From: Thalassolituus maritimus
GTDB lineage: Bacteria; Pseudomonadota; Gammaproteobacteria; Pseudomonadales; Oceanobacteraceae
NCBI RefSeq assembly: GCF_040372045.1
Contig: NZ_BAABWH010000008.1
Direction: 5' to 3' (one strand)
DNA: 32,000 nucleotides
The position numbers and the translations under genes are program-made. Position 1 is the stretch's first letter; the number at the start of each line of letters is the position of its first letter. Below, in pieces: positions 29,103 through 32,000 of the stretch. Below the pieces are notes generated by a model. The model had not been told where the DNA came from and made no database searches. It was given only the letters and a program-made list of their open reading frames with translations.

Positions 29103-29118
29103 TGGCACAAGCTTTGCA
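29103..29118 (+). promoter_or_regulatory. Sigma-54 promoter upstream of fliL
   Basis: TGGCACAAGCTTTGCA: TGGCAC/TTGCA with GG-N10-GC, 30 nt before the fliL ATG. Confidence 0.88.
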
Positions 29119-29147
29119 AAATTGACTTCATACAGGAGAAACATCTC

Positions 29148-29678
29148 ATGGCGAAAGAACAAGACCTCAAGCTAGAGGGACAGGAAGGCGAAGAAGAGCA
29201 GACCGGTGGTGGCAAGAAAAAGCTCATCATTATTATCGGTATTGTCCTTGTCGTCCTGTTGGCCGGTGGCGGCGCTGCGGCCTTCTTCCTGCTGGGTGGA
29301 GAGGAAGAAGAGGCGGCCGAAGAAGAGGTGGTTGAAGAAGTCGTCGAGGAACCGGTTATTCCAGCCGTATACGTAAAACTGAAGCCCGAGTTTGTCATCA
29401 GTTTTCAGGTTGGAACGCGTCAGCGCTTCGTACAGGCAAGTATCGAAATTATGACGCGTCAGCAATCCATCGTTGATGCACTTGAGCTGCATGAGCCGAT
29501 GGTACGCAATGAAGTGATCAATATCGTCAGTCGTCAGGAGTTCGCCACATTGCGGACGGCCGAGGGTCGAGTGGCACTTCAGGGCGCATTGAAGGCAGCC
29601 CTGACAGATATGATGAAACGGGAAGCAGGCTCCGAAGGAGTTGAAGCTGTGCTGTTTACCAATTTTGTAATGCAGTAG
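29148..29678 (+). CDS. fliL: Flagellar basal body-associated protein FliL
   Basis: N-terminal TM (KLIIIIGIVLVVLLAGGGAAAFFLL); AVYVKLKPEFVISFQVGTRQRFVQASIEIMTR; ends ...VLFTNFVMQ. Confidence 0.95.
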   Translation: MAKEQDLKLEGQEGEEEQTGGGKKKLIIIIGIVLVVLLAGGGAAAFFLLGGEEEEAAEEEVVEEVVEEPVIPAVYVKLKPEFVISFQVGTRQRFVQASIEIMTRQQSIVDALELHEPMVRNEVINIVSRQEFATLRTAEGRVALQGALKAALTDMMKREAGSEGVEAVLFTNFVMQ

Positions 29679-29686
29679 GAAATAGT

Positions 29687-30655
29687 GTGCAGGATTTACT
29701 GTCGCAAGATGAAATTGATGCCTTATTGCATGGCGTAGATGACGGTGACATCGGCCCGGAAGAAGAGGTCGATGCTGCTGGCATTAAATCGTACGACCTG
29801 ACCAGCAACGACCGCATTGTTCGCGGTCGGATGCCAACGCTGGAAATGATCAACGAGCGCTTTGCACGATACACCCGCATCAGCATGTTTAACTTCCTGC
29901 GACGCAGTGCCGACGTTGCGTCTGGCGGAGTGCAGATTATGAAGTTTGGTGAGTACATACATACCTTGTATGTACCGACCAGTCTTAACCTAGTGAAAAT
30001 GCGCCCGCTGCGTGGAACAGCCCTGTTTATTCTGGACGCTAAGCTGGTCTTTAAATTAGTAGACAACTTTTTTGGTGGTGACGGCCGGCACGCGAAAATC
30101 GAAGGCCGTGAATTTACACCGACCGAAGTCAGGGTAGTGCAGCTCATTCTGACGCAGGTGTTCAATGACATGATGGAAGCCTGGTCGCCGGTGATTCCCG
30201 TCGAATTCGAATACGTGGGTTCAGAAGTGAATCCGGCGATGGCGAATATCGTTAGCCCCAGTGAAGTGGTGGTAGTCAGTACCTTCCATATTGAGCTGGA
30301 CGGCGGTGGTGGTGACCTGCACCTGACCATTCCTTATTCCATGATCGAACCCATGAGAGAGGTGCTGGACGCAGGTTTCCAGAGTGATGTCGACGATGTC
30401 GACGAGCGCTGGCAGCAATCAATGCGCGAAGACATTCTCGATGCGCCGGTTGAGATACACGGTACTTTGGTTCAACGCGATATATCGCTGCGCGAAGTGG
30501 CAGCGTTAAAAACCGGCGATGTTATTCCAATAGAAATGCCCGAGCATTTTACCCTCGAAGCCAACGGTATTCCGATTTTCACAGGGAAAATGGGTATTTC
30601 TAATGACAATCTGGCCGTAAAAATTAAAGACCAGATTAAACACAGAAAACGCTGA
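29687..30655 (+). CDS. fliM: Flagellar motor switch protein FliM (GTG start)
   Basis: (V/M)QDLLSQDEIDALLHGVDDGD...YDLTSNDRIVRGRMPTLEMINERFARYTRISMFNFLRR; CheY-binding N-terminal motif present. Confidence 0.97.
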   Translation: MQDLLSQDEIDALLHGVDDGDIGPEEEVDAAGIKSYDLTSNDRIVRGRMPTLEMINERFARYTRISMFNFLRRSADVASGGVQIMKFGEYIHTLYVPTSLNLVKMRPLRGTALFILDAKLVFKLVDNFFGGDGRHAKIEGREFTPTEVRVVQLILTQVFNDMMEAWSPVIPVEFEYVGSEVNPAMANIVSPSEVVVVSTFHIELDGGGGDLHLTIPYSMIEPMREVLDAGFQSDVDDVDERWQQSMREDILDAPVEIHGTLVQRDISLREVAALKTGDVIPIEMPEHFTLEANGIPIFTGKMGISNDNLAVKIKDQIKHRKR

Positions 30656-30667
30656 CAGGAGCAGGTT

Positions 30668-31198
30668 ATGAGTGACGATAAAGATCAGGATCAGTCACCC
30701 GAAGAAGAGCTGGACCCACAAAAACTTGCTGACGAAGTTGCTGGCGGGATAGAAGAAGCGAGCGCCGAAGCCGATGCTGGGGACGGGGAAGACGACCAGG
30801 CATTAGCTGACGAGTGGGCTGCTGCGATGGAAGAGGCCGGCGACGAGGAAGGCGCTGGAGATGATGCCGCTGATGATCCGATTAAACAGGTGGAGCTCGA
30901 CGAGCTTCAGGACGAGGGGCAGCCGGTTGGCGGAGACAACCCTGAGCTGGAAGTTATTCTGGATATTCCTGTGCGGATTTCGATGGAAGTCGGTGCAACG
31001 AAAATCCCGATCCGTAACTTGCTGCAGCTGAATCAAGGTTCCGTTGTAGAACTGGATCGTCTTGCTGGTGAGCCTTTGGATGTGCTGGTAAACGGTACAC
31101 TCATCGCACACGGTGAAGTAGTAATGGTGAACGATAAGTTTGGTATTCGTTTAACTGACGTGGTGAGCCAGAGTGAACGTATACACCGCTTGCGTTAA
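30668..31198 (+). CDS. fliN: Flagellar motor switch protein FliN, with acidic N-terminal extension
   Basis: LEVILDIPVRISMEVGATKIPIRNLLQLNQGSVVELDRLAGEPLDVLVNGTLIAHGEVVMVNDKFGIRLTDVVS. Confidence 0.97.
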   Translation: MSDDKDQDQSPEEELDPQKLADEVAGGIEEASAEADAGDGEDDQALADEWAAAMEEAGDEEGAGDDAADDPIKQVELDELQDEGQPVGGDNPELEVILDIPVRISMEVGATKIPIRNLLQLNQGSVVELDRLAGEPLDVLVNGTLIAHGEVVMVNDKFGIRLTDVVSQSERIHRLR

Positions 31199-31586
31199 AA
31201 GTTTCCTGCTCCTGTCACTCGGCAGCTTAGTGCGAGCTGAGGAGCAGGCTCCGGTCCTGATGCAGACCTCGCCTATGGCCAGTGGCGGCAAGGTTGTGTT
31301 GTTTTTGCTTCTTGTTGTAGGGCTGATTTTAGGCCTGGCATGGTTGGTCAATAAAACCCGGGTTGGTCAGTTTGCATCTCAGGGTCAGCACCTTAAAACA
31401 CTGGCTGTGCTTCCGCTCGGGCAACGCGAAAAAGTAGCGATTATTCAAGCTGGCGATCAACAGTTAGTGATAGGTGTGACGCCGAATGGAATTAACACAC
31501 TGGCGACGCTTGACCAGCCGTTACCTGAAGTCGAGCAAAAGCCTGCAGACTTCGCCGATATTCTCCGTAAGGCGGTACGTAAATGA
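31173..31586 (+). CDS. fliO: Flagellar biosynthesis protein FliO
   Basis: Signal-like N-terminus, TM (KVVLFLLLVVGLILGLAWLVN), HLKTLAVLPLGQREKVAIIQAGDQQLVIGVTPNGINTLATL; overlaps fliN and precedes fliP. Confidence 0.93.
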   Translation: MNVYTACVKSFLLLSLGSLVRAEEQAPVLMQTSPMASGGKVVLFLLLVVGLILGLAWLVNKTRVGQFASQGQHLKTLAVLPLGQREKVAIIQAGDQQLVIGVTPNGINTLATLDQPLPEVEQKPADFADILRKAVRK

Positions 31587-32000
31587 AGGCGCTTGTACTG
31601 TCTTTTCTGATGGTCTTTTCTTCGTTGGCGCTGGGTGCTGATCCGGGTTCCGTTGTGGACCCAAGTATTCTGACGCCGTCTGGAAATACCGGTATTCCTG
31701 CCGTTGTGTACACCGCAACAGACAACGGTGGCCAATACTCTGTCACGATTCAGATTCTGGTCTTGATGACGCTACTGACGGTACTGCCGTCATTACTCAT
31801 CATGATGACGTCGTTTACGCGTATTATCGTTGTCTTAGCGATTCTGAGACAGGCAATTGGTCTTCAGCAAACGCCATCGAATCAGGTGTTACTTGGCCTG
31901 TCTTTATTCCTGACTTTATTTATCATGATGCCGGTGTTCCGTGTCGTGAACGTTGAGGCGATTCAGCCGTATTTATCGGAGGAAATCTCCCCGCTCGAAG
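31583..32000 (+). CDS. fliP: Flagellar type III export component FliP, 5' part (3' end outside window)
   Basis: ATGA overlap with fliO. Translates as MKALVLSFLMVFSSLALG...VTIQILVLMTLLTVLPSLLIMMTSFTRIIVVLAILRQAIGLQQTPSNQVLLGLSLFLTLFIMMPV. Confidence 0.96.
   Translation, partial: MKALVLSFLMVFSSLALGADPGSVVDPSILTPSGNTGIPAVVYTATDNGGQYSVTIQILVLMTLLTVLPSLLIMMTSFTRIIVVLAILRQAIGLQQTPSNQVLLGLSLFLTLFIMMPVFRVVNVEAIQPYLSEEISPLE

Noticed and set aside
29656-30330. 224 aa minus-strand ORF
   Set aside because: Antisense to fliM; low-complexity Ser/Arg composition typical of reverse-strand translation.

Overview
This window carries a flagellar/chemotaxis locus of a gammaproteobacterium (lineage inferred from gene content and order). 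From left to right: the 3' end of lysS; ung, flanked by dense arrays of convergent GTAG-type REP-like palindromes with a variable ~9-bp microsatellite core; a minus-strand TPR/SAM-methyltransferase gene; fliS; fleQ; fleS-fleR; and fliEFGHIJ. Next is a complete chemosensory operon (STAS-cheY-cheA-cheW-mcp-cheR-cheD-cheB) sitting inside the fli region. It is followed by an hsbA/hsbR/hptB-like partner-switching module, then fliK and fliLMNOP (fliP runs off the window). Near-consensus sigma-54 (-24/-12) promoters precede fleS, fliE, fliK and fliL. I see no CRISPR array, transposase, phage gene, tRNA or rRNA, and no clearly undescribed defence or biosynthetic system. The most interesting items are: (i) the REP-pair array; (ii) the soluble chemoreceptor with an exact 366-bp-period triple PAS repeat, two further PAS domains, tandem HAMP-like segments and a C-terminal ...DDWEEF tether; (iii) the embedded che operon bounded by two different STAS proteins next to a phosphatase/kinase partner switch; (iv) an unusual acidic C-terminal tail on FliH; and (v) the orphan TPR-methyltransferase beside an isolated fliS. 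All functional calls come from reading the sequence and recalling family motifs. No database search was run.
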